A DNA stretch of 64,000 nt from the human T2T-CHM13v2.0 reference genome, Homo sapiens. A program made the translations under genes and the position numbers. Location of the stretch: NCBI RefSeq assembly GCF_009914755.1, contig NC_060940.1; one strand, 5' to 3'. The notes beneath the pieces are model-generated. The model was not told the DNA's origin, made no database searches, and saw only the letters and a program-made list of their open reading frames with translations. The stretch's first letter is position 1; every line of letters begins with the position of its first letter. This document shows positions 1-21,997 of the stretch, piece after piece.

Positions 1-800
<800 letters not shown>

Positions 801-960
801 GCAAACTTGATTGTGGCCTTTTTCAACTCATCTTCCTTCTAAGGTTTTCTGTTAGCCTCTAAGTAGACTCAGTGAAGGCTAAGGGACTGCTATATGATGA
901 ACAGTATTTTGATGCATACATTTAATACATACTTCTTCAGAACTTTTTCACTGTTATGAT

Positions 961-966
961 TTTATT
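961..966 (-). terminator. TMED6: TMED6 polyadenylation signal AATAAA
   Basis: tttatt at 961-966, 135 nt downstream of the TAA stop. Confidence 0.75.
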
Positions 967-1100
967 GCCATTTTGCTTTTTTAGATGTGTGCAGCAGACT
1001 AAAACATTAATGAGATAATTGATTTTTGTCCCATAACATTACAAAGCTGATTCGACTAAGCCCCAGAAGAAAACAGCCAGGGTGCTATAGTCACCTTAGC

Positions 1101-1334
<234 letters not shown>

Positions 1335-1689
1335 CTATGAGAGAGACAATTTTAAGGGGGATTCTTCCAAACCCCCATCTAGCCTCACCTGAGCGCTCAC
1401 TAGCACTAACCTATCTCAAGTCAAATAATTTACCCATATGATTTTAAGATGTACAATACAATGATAGTTGTTAAATGTTGTGTTTGCTATGTATGAAATA
1501 TGGTCTGGATTTGAGTTTAAAATTTTTGTTTTTGTTTTATGAGACAGGGTCTCACTTGTTTGCCCAGGCAGGAGTACAGTGGCGCAGTCACAGCTCACTG
1601 CAGCCTCAACCTTCTGCGCTCAAGTGATCTTCCCACCTCAGCCTCCCTAGTAGCTGGGACTACAGGCACATGCCACTACACCCAGCTAA

Positions 1690-1839
<150 letters not shown>

Positions 1840-1964
1840 TAAATAATGGAAAACTTCAGTACTTAAACTAGAGAGCTCTTCCAGAGGACCTCTAGATTTA
1901 GATGTACTCAGCATGTCGTTACCATTCCAGGTGATGTTTTATGTTCTCTGTATATGGTAGAAGA

Positions 1965-5021
<3,057 letters not shown>

Positions 5022-5400
5022 TATAAAACGAAGATGGAATTTCAAGAGCTTCAAGTCGTAATTTATTTTGAGACGGTGTCTTGCTGTATCCCAGACTGGA
5101 GTGTAGTGGCGTGATCTCGGCTTACTGCAACCTCTGCCTCCCAGGGTTCAAGCGATTCTCCTGCCTCAGCCTTCCGAGTAGCTGGGATTACAGGTGCGCA
5201 CCACCACGCCCAGCTAATTTTTGTATTTTTAGTAGAGACAGGGTTTCACCATGTTGGAAAGGCTGGTTTCGAACTCCTGACCTCAGGTGATCCACCCACC
5301 TCGGCCTCCCAAAGTGCTGGGATTACAGGCGTGAGCCACCGTGCCCAGCCAAGTCATAATTTATGAAGAAATTCACATCCCCTTGCCTGTTTGGTTTCTA

Positions 5401-5676
<276 letters not shown>

Positions 5677-6237
5677 TTAAGGATTCCCTGGAGGTATCTG
5701 TCCTCTAGTTTTGGAATTCTACTACAGGACCTTCTTTTTACTTAGAAAGTACAAAGATCCCGTTTTTGACATGGAAGACACGGACCTTATGTTAAACTTA
5801 TACTAAATATTACTTATTATATTTGGCCAAATTTTAGTAACTCGTTCTTTCCATACTGGGTAGTGGCAAACAATGTTTTCTCTTTAACATATAATTCCCA
5901 CATCTTGTATTAAGGAACTCCTGCTCAACAGATTGAGTTGAAGTTAAGAGCATGGTGTTTGCCTGGTCCTTGTATACAATTAGAGCTAGGGACACCATCT
6001 TGAACTTGAAATTAGGAAAGACAAAAAAAAAAAATAGATGCATAGTGCATGAAAGCAGCTCTCCTGGAGTGATTGCCTCCAAGGCGGTGTGTACAGTGAC
6101 TCATGGTTTGGTTATATCTGTTGGGGCTGGGGTTGCCTCCCTTTGTGTGTGCGGGGGGGAGGGGGGCGCGGGGTGGGGAGCGGGTGGGAAGGAGCAAGGT
6201 GGAGAGGACCGGTAGAAGATGGGTGGGGTGGGATTAG

Positions 6238-6690
<453 letters not shown>

Positions 6691-7189
6691 TAGTGCAGCT
6701 GGCTATTAAAGAGGGCAGTTAAGACACTGCTGCTCTCCAAAGTGGGACAGGCTTGACCTGGCTGGAGGAGTGCTTTGCTGTGGAGTGTGGATATCTCACA
6801 TGGATATCATGCATTTTCTTTTGTTCTGAATCTGCTTTTAGTAACTGACTCAAATATTCTGATGACTGGAAAGACATGCTTCCCTGTAATCCATTTGTTA
6901 ATTGGAATTCTGTATTATAAATGGGTCTCTGTTTTTTGGTCACTTTCCCAGAATCTGATTAACTGGAGATGATGAGATAAAATTGAGCGGCTGAACCCTA
7001 GACTTAGAATGCTCACCTGGAGTGTTGCCCCCAAATCGTCAGTAGACTGCCACTTGGCATCCTTGGAGGTCAGCAGCCTCCAGGAACACTGGTTTTTGGT
7101 GTTAAAGGCTGAATTTTTTTCCTACTGTTAAAACATCTCTGTATACTTCCTCATTATTTCTGTAATTTCATAGGACCCTATGATTATTA

Positions 7190-7378
<189 letters not shown>

Positions 7379-7652
7379 CTACATCACGAGGAAGCCAGCT
7401 GAGTGGTAAGATTGACGTCCCACGGTCATCAGCACAGCGGTCTCTGTCTGGGGTGGGACTGCCCAACCCCCTGCTGGGGTTTGGAGTTGATTGGAGGATT
7501 CTGAGGTATCACAGTGATGGTGTTAAGGGGAGGCAGCACAGCATTGCTGAACGTCTGCAATGTAAGAAACAGTACAGCAGGACAAAGAACTGCCCAGAAT
7601 GCCAACAGCACCCGTGTGAAGAAGACATGCCTTGCTCGGAACACACAGCTAG

Positions 7653-8309
<657 letters not shown>

Positions 8310-9222
8310 TGAACTTGCTTGGTGGTTGAGCTCCCCAATGATGTCCCAGATTTGGGCATTTGCTGCTTGGCAGTGCACACCTACAACAAGCACTCCATGG
8401 ACACTTGCTCCCAAGCTAGATCTTGATTAGGCCAGGCCACAGTGAGCTTAGTAGTGGCTGCTGTTCTAATAGAAATTCAGAGGTAAGAAAAGTCTCTGAT
8501 AAGTTTATTTAAAATAAATGTTGTTACAGTGGAGTAAGATCAACAAAGTCTATTACTATGTAAACAAAAATTAGAAAGTTAACCGATTTCTAAGATAAAG
8601 AACAAAGGAAATGAACAGCCTCTAACTTTCATACTGAGTTCACCATTCTTGGACAGCATGATATAAGACCATAGTATGGGTAAAAGTACTTGACCTTTGA
8701 ATAAGTAACTTGAAAACACTTACCGTCCTAAAAAAAAAAAATAGGATTAACTGGCCGAATACAAAAAACTTGACCTAGTGAATCTCTGACTTGCCAGAAT
8801 TGCTCCTAAAGGCAGCAGAACCTTTACTCCCCCACCCCATAAGCTGAAGCAGCCTTCTTTGAAATCTCTGGATCAGTCTCCAAAGCACCATTATCAAATT
8901 TTGTTTTAATATATTAAAAATGTATTCTCTCCCCTCTCATCCCCAAATCCGAGTACATGTAATGATTACCTCTTCAGGGAGAGGCACCCCGTCTGCCCCA
9001 TGGCTTTGAGCATGGCCCCTGATGTAAGAAGCCAAACCATATGTTTTAGCTCCTGTTGGTGATTATTCACCCAGCTGGAGTTTCCCTCTAACTGCAGGTC
9101 CATTTCATTAACAGGTGGGGAATCACAGCATAATAAAGACAACCAGACCTTGTTTTGGCCTAAAACCTGACCCACTTTATGAGTAAAGGAGAAAAAAAAA
9201 AGCCCCCCAGTATGGCCAGTCA

Positions 9223-9495
<273 letters not shown>

Positions 9496-9519
9496 TCAAG
9501 TCGTTCAGACAACCGCTGG

Positions 9520-9532
9520 GCTAATGATTAAC
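9520..9532. promoter_or_regulatory. HNF1A/B-type site in the TMED6 proximal promoter
   Basis: GCTAATGATTAAC matches GTTAATNATTAAC at 12/13 positions, 76 nt upstream of the ATG. Confidence 0.65.
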
Positions 9533-10010
9533 TCCACAAGTCACATTACGGCCCATTTCAGGGCCACACATAGATATTCATCATAGAACTGCCATGATAC
9601 TCCCATGTTTGGCTCGCAGGAGGAAATTTTGCTTTCACCTCAAAAACTCAGTGGCTTACCAAACCTACTTCATGGGTGCTACATAGAATCTACCACCTCA
9701 GAAGAGGTCTTTCCACCCTTCATAGGGCTGTCATTTTTTAGTTCCTGCTTCTTGGGGATATAATAGTGGGTAAGTTTACAACTTCTGAATACACTGACAA
9801 AAAGTTGGCTGGGGGGATTGTTCTCTTACATCAAATTGCTCCTATAAACACATGGGGCAACACTTCTCTCTCCCCAATGCTGCAGCTCAGAGCAAATCAC
9901 AGCATGTGTGTGCAAAGATGTAAATGGATGAATACAGTGCCAGAGGATGGTGCTTAGACCCCTCCACTGACAGTCCTCGTCCTGATGCCTTTCACCTAAC
10001 GGTCACCTAA

Positions 10011-10238
<228 letters not shown>

Positions 10239-10753
10239 TGAATTTTTAGTAGAGACAGGGTTTTACTATGTTGGCCAGGCTGGTCTCGAACTCCTGACCT
10301 CAAGTAATCCACCCGCCTCGGCCTCCCAGAATGCTGGGATTACAGGCATGAGCCACCACGCCCAGCCTTGATCTTTCTTTTATTCAGGACTTCTTCAGCA
10401 CCCATGGGGGAAAAAACTATCCAGAACCCACTTAAAGACAATTATATTATTCACATCCTTAATCTTTATTCTTTTATTCATGATTTCAACACCCACCTCC
10501 TTCATGGCAGGCACTGAGCTAAGATTTACCTGCATCTTATTTTATTCTCACAATAGCCCTGCAAGGGAGGTATTGTGAGCTCTGGCATTAGAGATGAGGA
10601 CACAGACATTCAGAGATTCCAGTGGTGGCTCACGCTCCCACAAGCACACCTGGCAGAGCTGGGTCCCCGGTGGGGGCTCATGCTCTTAACCACCAGGCAG
10701 GACAGTGTTTCTCATTCTCAAGCTGTCAGTCTCTGAGTTCTGACACTGCCTAA

Positions 10754-11020
<267 letters not shown>

Positions 11021-11831
11021 TGATCCCCATGCTTTGGCCTCCTGAAGTGCTAGGATTACAGGTGTGAGCCACCGTGCCTAGCCTTAGTCATAATCTTAAA
11101 AAACAAAAAACAAAACAGCATTAACACCTTCCAGCAATTATTTGCATTGACTCAAAGTGTCACAAGCTAAGTAGGCAGAAAACAGACTCTATACATGGGG
11201 TTCAGTTCTAGCAAAGGCCAAATGACAGCACAGCACTCTGGGAGCACAGTGGCTCTATGGCAGTCTTGCTCAAGTGACAGAAGAGTCTGGGAACTTCTAT
11301 CAGCACACGTGGCACAGGCATCCCCCACCCGAGTCCCACCACCGTCGCAGTCCTAGCACTGGTCATGCCATAAGCAGTGACTTGGTTTCGGCGAAACAAT
11401 CGTCAGTTCATAGTAAGTTTTATAGTTCTACAGAAGCTGTAAGCATAGTTTTATCTTTGCACACATTTCAATAACTATAATAAAAACAACACTGAATTAT
11501 GTGAAAAAATATTAATGAACATAGGCATTCTCAAGTTTAAGAAACACTGATGCCGGGTGTGGTGGCTCACGCCTGTAATCCCAGCACTTTGGGAGGCTGA
11601 GGTGGGCGGATCACGAGGTCAGGAGATCGAGACCATCCTGGCTAACACGGTGAAACCCCATCTCTACGAAAAATACAAAAAATTAGCCAGGTGTGGTGGC
11701 GGGTGCCTGTAGTCCCAGCTACTCAGGAGGCTGAGGCAGGAGAATGGTGTGAACCCAGAGGCAGAGCTTGCAGTGAGCTGAGATAGCACCACTGCACTCC
11801 AGCCTGGGTGACAGAGTGAGACTCCATTTCA

Positions 11832-11878
<47 letters not shown>

Positions 11879-11879
11879 A
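11832..11879 (+). repeat. (TAAA)n microsatellite in an AluY tail (Alu ~11552-11880)
   Basis: About 12 TAAA units after the Alu 3' end. Confidence 0.9.
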
Positions 11880-12173
11880 AAGAAACACTGATTAGGATAT
11901 TTTGTTTCCCTAAATGCATCAGTTTCACTCCTCTACCTGGAGAGCACCATTGACTCACATGAGAGTTAAGGGGAGAAAAGCTTCTGGATTCTAATCCGGT
12001 TCAGAGGGAGACCAAACCAGCTGCAGGCAGAAGGCGGCTAGCCTGAAAGGAGCTCAAGTTCTCAACTTCTCCCTGTGGTTTCAGTTGGGGTTGGTTGATA
12101 GAAGAACAATAGGTACTAAACCCCAAAATGCAGTTAATAGGTAATAAAGCTGTATGAAGTTTCCAACTTGTAA

Positions 12174-12993
<820 letters not shown>

Positions 12994-13276
12994 AAAACTT
13001 TAGCATTTCTTTAAGCCTTGCCTTTCACTCACTCAGAAGTGAGAAAGGGGGAATTCTTTTGTCCCCAGAAATGATATATGAGGAAACTGAAAGGTTAAGA
13101 GGAAACTTCCATATCATCTGTTTGACATAGCTTCCAAGGATTAAAACATTCAATAAAGTCTGACATCAGCTTCTTGATCAAAATAGTTCAGCAAAGTTTA
13201 ACATTTTGCTACCTCCCTCTGTGGATACATGCTGTGCTGCAATTAAACAGCTACTTACAGTTGAGAGAAGCAAGAC

Positions 13277-13282
13277 TTTAAT
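13277..13282 (-). terminator. TERF2: Probable TERF2 poly(A) signal ATTAAA
   Basis: tttaat at 13277-13282, about 1.3 kb after the stop; I saw no canonical minus-strand AATAAA in the UTR. Confidence 0.6.
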
Positions 13283-13898
13283 GAAGAATGCTACAAGTAT
13301 GGACAATAATTAGTTCTCACCTTTTAAAAAAAGATTACAGAAAACACTTTACTGAAATTTTTTGCTAAAAAGACAGTCTTTAAGGGTGTCCGGGAGAGAC
13401 AGCAAGCACAACACAGTACAAAAGGAGAAGGGAATGTTGAATTCCAGTGCAAGACACGAACACAGCACAATTAGGGAATCAGGAGGAAGCAACCATTTCA
13501 CAAAGAATGAAATTAGGCATTTATATTCAATCGGATTTTTTTTAAGCTTTAAAAGTCCAGCATAAGGAAGGGAATTGGGAAAAGAGGCAGGGGACAGGGG
13601 GCAGGGGATCAGGGAACTAATCTTATCTACAATCACCATTTTACCAAAAAACACACTGGTTCAACCACATGAGAAGTGGAGGATTAACCTGCCTACATAG
13701 CCCAGCAGATGTTGACAGCAAATGCCAAGGCAGACAGGTCTAGGGTTGATGTCACGACTGGCTAAAGAGTTTTTAAAGGGAATCTTATTCCACAAGGACT
13801 GGTCTGTCATCAACCTGGGTTCATAACAGACTAAGTTCCTTTGCATTTGCATCAGAAGGCCAGAACTTGACGTGGAACAAATTTACTCCAAATAATAC

Positions 13899-13905
13899 TC
13901 ACATT
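13899..13905 (-). promoter_or_regulatory. miR-23-3p seed match (AATGTGA) in the TERF2 3' UTR
   Basis: Plus-strand tcacattgc equals miR-23a nt 2-10; miR-23a repression of TRF2 is reported. A miR-490-3p seed match (caacctgg) also lies at 13811-13818. Confidence 0.55.
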
Positions 13906-14213
13906 GCTGGTTTTAACAGGTCATGGAGTCACAAGTGGCTCCTAATAGACTTCACCATTTCCTAGGAGAAGGTTCTACAGATTACCAGGGATTTAAATTT
14001 AAGCAAACCACTAAAGAAGGGAAACGCTAATGATATTCTGGCACTGCACAAGCTGTGTGCCTGTCATCTCTGCCAAGGACATGGGTGGACTTGGCTCTGC
14101 TTCTTAGCTCCATGATCTCCAACAGTGATGAAGTGGAAATGGGACCTCCCCCACGTCGAAGGAGGTTGCCCAAAATTCTCATCCCAGCCCAGCTTCTGAA
14201 AGAAACAGCAGAT

Positions 14214-14540
<327 letters not shown>

Positions 14541-14591
14541 CTATTATTAGGAACCATGCTCCTGTGAATTCTGTGGAAATGAAAGCCTGTT

Positions 14592-14750
14592 TCAGTTCAT
14601 GCCAAGTCTTTTCATGGTCCGCCAGCGATCCTTAATCATCACAGCTGTTCGGTTAACAAATGGGTAATTTTTAGAAATGGCAGCCCAGTTTCCTTCCCCA
14701 TATTTCTGCACTCCAGCCTTGACCCACTCGCTTTCTTCTACAGTCCACTT
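14592..14750 (-). CDS. TERF2: TERF2 exon 10 (telobox/Myb DNA-binding domain)
   Basis: ttttgcag|[58 protein letters not shown]; TGA at 14592. Confidence 0.98.
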
Positions 14751-15211
14751 CTGCAAAAGAAAACCAAAAGATTTATTACCACCTTTCCTCTCCACTTACT
14801 TACATTTTCTCCAATGTAGTGATAAGGTAAACTCAAGAATCCCAGGAGAATCATCTGAACCTGAAATCACAGCTTATGTTTTTAAACATGGAATGGACAA
14901 GATATGAGCACTGTGGATCTGGACACAGGAATTCTTGATGTCCTGCCATTTGATCCTCAAGTAACAATCACTTCTGCATTCCAAACTGCAAACATATCTA
15001 CATCATTCATGTTCCGGAAAATGTGTCATCTGTTTTCCTAGTCTTTTCTTCCAGAAGATAATTATTACTTTAACTTAGTTTGGATTATCTGAAAATCTCA
15101 AAAAAAGGTTTTTACTGGGTACATAACCAGTCTATACCTGTGAGACAGGGCGCGTATTTTACCTCTGCTCTACCCACATAACCAGTAACAGAAAAGAGAA
15201 TTTTAAATTAC

Positions 15212-15255
15212 CTGCTTTTTTGTTATATTGGTTGTACTGTCTTCATCTGGTGCTG
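15212..15255 (-). CDS. TERF2: TERF2 exon 9
   Basis: ttttccag|CA GCA CCA GAT..(A)APDEDSTTNITKKQ|gtaatt; 44 nt. Confidence 0.95.
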
Positions 15256-15502
15256 CTGGAAAACATTAAAAGTAGACTCATTTCAGAGTTCACCTTTCTC
15301 TGCACAAACCACAAGAAAAAGACATGGAATGTCCCCAAAGGGAAAACTTCTTCAAATTTCACAAGCATTGAGAAGAGAAAGGATATCACTAAAGGATAAT
15401 TTACTTTTCTCCTTTATTTGCAAACACCAGTCACTTCAGCCTATGAGAACCTGTACAATGCAAGTGCTTTACAAACAGGCATCCGTAAATGCTGGCTAGT
15501 GA

Positions 15503-16153
<651 letters not shown>

Positions 16154-16372
16154 AAAATTACTGAGGGAACGTCATATTTAAAACCCTTATGTATATATAA
16201 TGTCTACATATACATATAGGTATTAGTGTGTGTATGTATATATACAGTCATATGTTGCTTAACAATGGGGATATGTTCTGAGAAATGCATCGTTTGGTGA
16301 TTTCATCCTTGTGTGACTTACACAAACCTAGATGGTAGAGCCTAGGCTCTAGCCTGCAACTTCTTATCTATG

Positions 16373-16431
16373 GAGAAAGTATCTGACAACTGCTAACTCA
16401 TGTCCCCATGTCTAACAACATGGCTTTCTCA
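16373..16431 (+). tRNA. Nuclear pseudo-copy of mitochondrial tRNA-Ser(AGY), anticodon GCT at 16392-16394
   Basis: 59 nt, no D-arm, GAGAAAG/CTTTCTC acceptor stem intact; part of the NUMT and presumed non-functional. Confidence 0.88.
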
Positions 16432-16502
16432 ACTTTTAAAGGACTAGAGTCATCCACTGGACTTAGGAACCAAAAACATTGGTGCAACTCCAAATAAAAG
16501 TA
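16432..16502 (+). tRNA. Nuclear pseudo-copy of mitochondrial tRNA-Leu(CUN), anticodon TAG at 16464-16466
   Basis: 71 nt, ACTTTTA/TAAAAGT acceptor stem, TTGG-TGCAACT-CCAA T-arm; part of the NUMT. Confidence 0.88.
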
Positions 16503-16901
16503 ACAAACATGTATTCTTCCACTGCTATAACAGTCCTAATCCCCTTAATCTTACCGATTACTATTAACTTAGCTAACCTCTGCAAAAAAGGAATATGCCT
16601 ACGATATATGGTGTAGCCTATTTTTCCGCTACAAACCTGTACAGCATGTGACATGCAACTGTGACACAATGGTAAATATTGTGTATCTAAACATATCTAA
16701 ACAGAGACAAAGTAATGCATTGCACTACAATGTTACAATGCCTATGACATCTACAATGTCACTAGGCGATATGAATTTTTCAGCTCTATATATAACCTAA
16801 TGGGACCACCGTCACCATATATGCAGTCCATCGTTAACCAAAACTTTGTTATGTGGCACATGACTATAGGTGTGTTTATATGTATAATTTCTGCATTATA
16901 A

Positions 16902-17003
<102 letters not shown>

Positions 17004-17101
17004 TGAGGTCAGGAGTTCGAGACTAGTCTGGACAACATGGCAAAACTCCTTCTCTACTAAAAATATGAAAATTAGCTGGGAGTGGTGGCACATACCTATA
17101 G

Positions 17102-17590
<489 letters not shown>

Positions 17591-17858
17591 TGAGCCACCA
17601 CTCCTGGCCTAAATTTTTTTTGTTTGTATTTTTTGTAGACATGGAGTTTTGCCCTCTTGCCCAAGCTGGTCTCCAACCCCTGAGTTCAAGGAATCCGCCT
17701 GCCTCGGCCTCCCAAAGTGCTGGGATTACAGGCATGAGCCACTACGCCCAGCCTAGAATTTTCAAGTCCTTGTTCATTTTATAGAAGTACAATTTGGGTC
17801 TGGGCGGTGGCTCACACCTGTAATCCCAACACTTTGGGAGGCTGAGGCGAGCAGATCA

Positions 17859-18128
<270 letters not shown>

Positions 18129-18629
18129 TCACAAGTATAGTCCCAGCACTTTGAGAGGATGAGGCAGACAGATTGCTTGAGCCCAGGAGTTCGAGATCAT
18201 ACTGGCCAACATGGTGAAACCCTGGCTCTACTAAAAATACAAAAAAAGATTAGTTGGGCATGGTGGCAAGGGCCTGTAGTCCCCGATACTCCAGAGGCTA
18301 AGGTGGGAGAATTGCTTTAGCCCAGGATGTCACGGCTACAGTGAGCCAAGATCACACCACTGCATTCCACCTTGGATGAGAGTGAGACCCTGTCTCAAAA
18401 AAAAAAAAAAAAAAAAAAGGATTTATATATAGAAACTGTTAAGATTTTTTTTTCTTTAAACAAGAAATGCAGGGAATGACCCCCTACTACCACATCTAAT
18501 TGAAGGATTTTAGGAAGAACATCAACTATAATTAAATATCATAGGCGTTATTAAAACAAAACCAAGAACTCTCTTTAAACATAAGGCGTTACTCTGACAG
18601 TCTCCATTATTTAATGGGAGAGGACATCA

Positions 18630-18815
<186 letters not shown>

Positions 18816-19095
18816 TCAGGAGGCTGAGGCAGGAGGATCACTTGAGCCCAGAAGGTTGAAGCTCAGTGAGCCATGTTTACACCACTGCATTCTGGCCTGG
18901 GTGACAGAGCAAGACCCTGTCTGAAAAAGGAAAAAAAAAAAAAAACTGATTCTTCATGAATTAAAATGAGATCGGGAACTTACTGAACTTTTTCTAGTTC
19001 GGAGACAAGCAGCTTCTGGAATATTAACATGACAGTAACACGCATCTGTACTTCAGCAAGCATCAAGAAGAGGCCAAGGAGAATCTTCTGCTTAC

Positions 19096-19181
19096 CCTGA
19101 ACTTGAAACAGTTCATCCTCTTCCACCCAAGTCTCCTTTTCTTCAACCCCATTAGAGCTGTTCCACTTGCCTTTGGGTACT
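19096..19181 (-). CDS. TERF2: TERF2 exon 8 (hinge, iDDR region)
   Basis: cccctcag|A GTA CCC..(K)[29 protein letters not shown]|gtaagc; 86 nt. Confidence 0.96.
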
Positions 19182-19570
19182 CTGAGGGGAGATCAAGGAG
19201 AGCACAGGTATAAAACAAATTCACCCTGGATTGTCCCAGATTCTGGTCTTGGCTCACTCTTGGCCCTGTACTCCTTCCTGTCCCGTTGTGACCACAATCG
19301 AGGTTCGCCTGCATGCACCTCCCAAAGCCACTGTCCTTTCTCCTGGCTGGCCAGGCATCTCCACGTAACACCCCTCAGGCTGCAGGACACCCTTCAAATT
19401 CAGCACTGAGTACATCAAGCACATCACCACCCCTCTAAAGAATCTGTTCATTTTCCTGTTTTGCTTGTTTGGTTTTGACTCTTTTAAAGGTCTCAGTATT
19501 TTTCTGATTTAGAACCTGCAAACCCCTCCCTCTCTTCCTTGGACATGCCTTCTTCCTATATCTGGACTGA

Positions 19571-19949
<379 letters not shown>

Positions 19950-21874
19950 TCCACTAGCCTCTTAACTAGAGTCTCTGCCGCTAGGCTCTTCCCCTTCCAA
20001 AGCCAAAGATGATTTTAGGACAATCACCCTAAAATTACCACATGCCTCTTCTATTCCCTAATGGCTTCTCTCTGCCTGAACAGTGGCATCTATATGCCTG
20101 TATGGGGGAGTCCACACCATCCAGTCTGGCCCGTCAGTTTCTAACCAACCGCCCCACGATGCCCACACCTGTGCAAACAGCACAGCCACACTGTTCTGCT
20201 CTTTCTTCCTTCCATAAGCTCTGTACTTTCCTGCCTCTCTGTAGCCCCTCTGCTTGGGAGTCCCTTCCCTGCTAAGTGACATCTCATCCATCTTTCAAGG
20301 CCATGGTTCTCAGTGAAGCCTCCTCTAACTACCAACCACAACACACACAGAAAGCCTTTCTCCTCCTGCCTGCAGTGCTGTTTCCACCATACCAAGTGCC
20401 ACTTTGCAGTGTGCCCCTAACCAGGACCGCCTCGAAGGCGGGGGCCACATCTTCCTTTGTCCATCCCAAACACATAGCATACCCAGCACAGTAACACAGA
20501 CCCCAATGTGAGCTGGAGACATATTAGCTGAACTAACATTGTGATTGTCAGAGAGCCACAAGGGAGTTATACCATCAAAGATTAGAGTAAAAAGCAAACA
20601 AGAATCCTTCTTGTGAACATGAAACGTTAAATGCTTGGGTGTGGCTAAAAAAAGTACAAAAGCTGAAAATAACCCCAAACTCAAATTATTCAATGAAAAT
20701 TATAGCCCATTTCTTCTAATCAACTTTGCATTTACCTGATTAATAACTGCCCTGGGAACAGAGCAAAGCACAGATCTGACCTCAGAATTATAACATCTTT
20801 TACAAACATGGAAAGTGTCTGAATTCAGAGTCTTGAGGAATTTATATAAATCAAATGACCCGCAAAAGTTAACCAAGAATAGAGACAAATTTCTGTATTC
20901 TTCACCCGCCATGAAGAAAAAACTTATTTTTAATGCTGTTTGGGTATTTTGCAAATGAATAATAAAAGCAAGTTGATGAATAAGTACATAGGCTTGAAAA
21001 AATTCCTTGAGTTCCATAAGTTTTCTATGAAATTACTTAACTAAGTGGCTGAGACAAATGGTAGACCTAACTTTCTCTTGTTTTTACATTGGATCTTATC
21101 CCCAAATGTTACTTGAGAATAATTTACTTGAGACAAAGTGAAAACATTTTACAGGAGGTTTTTCCTTCTCAGGATATTCTTGTGTTAATGACTATTCATA
21201 AATAAAAATCAGATGGGGTTATAGTTTGTTTTCTATGTGCTTATCCCAGTGCTGGAATAAAACCAGTTGGAACCTCAGTCCCCAGCTGGTCCGTCATGTT
21301 CCCTGAGTGGCTGTCCTCCCTCCCTGCACAGTCTTCACAGGTCACCTTCTCCCTGTCCTCTGTTGAACTCTCAGCACTATTACCTGTACAAATACATGCT
21401 TTGGTGGTGATTTCGCAAGACCTCTGACTTTCAGGTGATGTGTTCACTGCCTCTCCTGACTTCCCAAGTGGATGGGGCTGAGATCTGGCCGCTCCTCCTA
21501 ACTGTAATGGGCTGAGTGGTCCTGGCCAAGTCAGGCCACTTCCTGGTCCTTGTGCTCCTGACTGGCAGTTTGAACATGAAGAGCAATGGTCTAGCAAGTG
21601 TTGGCAAGCTACAGTCTGGCTGCTGCGGCTTGTGTACCATGAAGCTTGGGGTGAGAATGGCAAGCCCGTTTTTTAAGGGTTGTAACAAAAAAACAAAAAA
21701 AGACAGTTGGGAGCAGTGGCTCACGTCTGTAATCCCAGCAGTTTGAGAGGCCCAGGCAGGTGGATCGCTTATTAAGTCCAGGAGTTCGAGACCAGCCTAC
21801 ATGGTCAAACCCCATCTGTACAAAATATACAAAAATTAGCCAGGTGCGGTGGCACGCACCTGTGGTCCCAGTTA

Positions 21875-21997
<123 letters not shown>

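Larger units (their letters stand above)
16351..16596 (+). pseudogene. NUMT: mt tRNA-His 3' end, tRNA-Ser(AGY), tRNA-Leu(CUN) and ND5 5' end
   Basis: Collinear with mtDNA gene order; AACTGCTAACTCATG.CCCCATGTCTAACAACATGGCTTTCTCA followed by ACTTTTAAAGGA..TTGGTGCAACTCCAAATAAAAGTA. Confidence 0.93.
16245..16866 (+). mobile_element. Tigger3/Golem-type TcMar DNA transposon remnant, interrupted by a NUMT
   Basis: TA-flanked, CAGTCAT.. start and ..CATGACT end; ACACAAACCTAGATGGT and TACAAACCTGTACAGCATG blocks. Confidence 0.75.

Noticed and set aside
16373-16502. Functional nuclear tRNA genes
   Set aside because: Mitochondrial-type structures without Pol III A/B boxes, embedded in mtDNA gene order; they are NUMT pseudogenes
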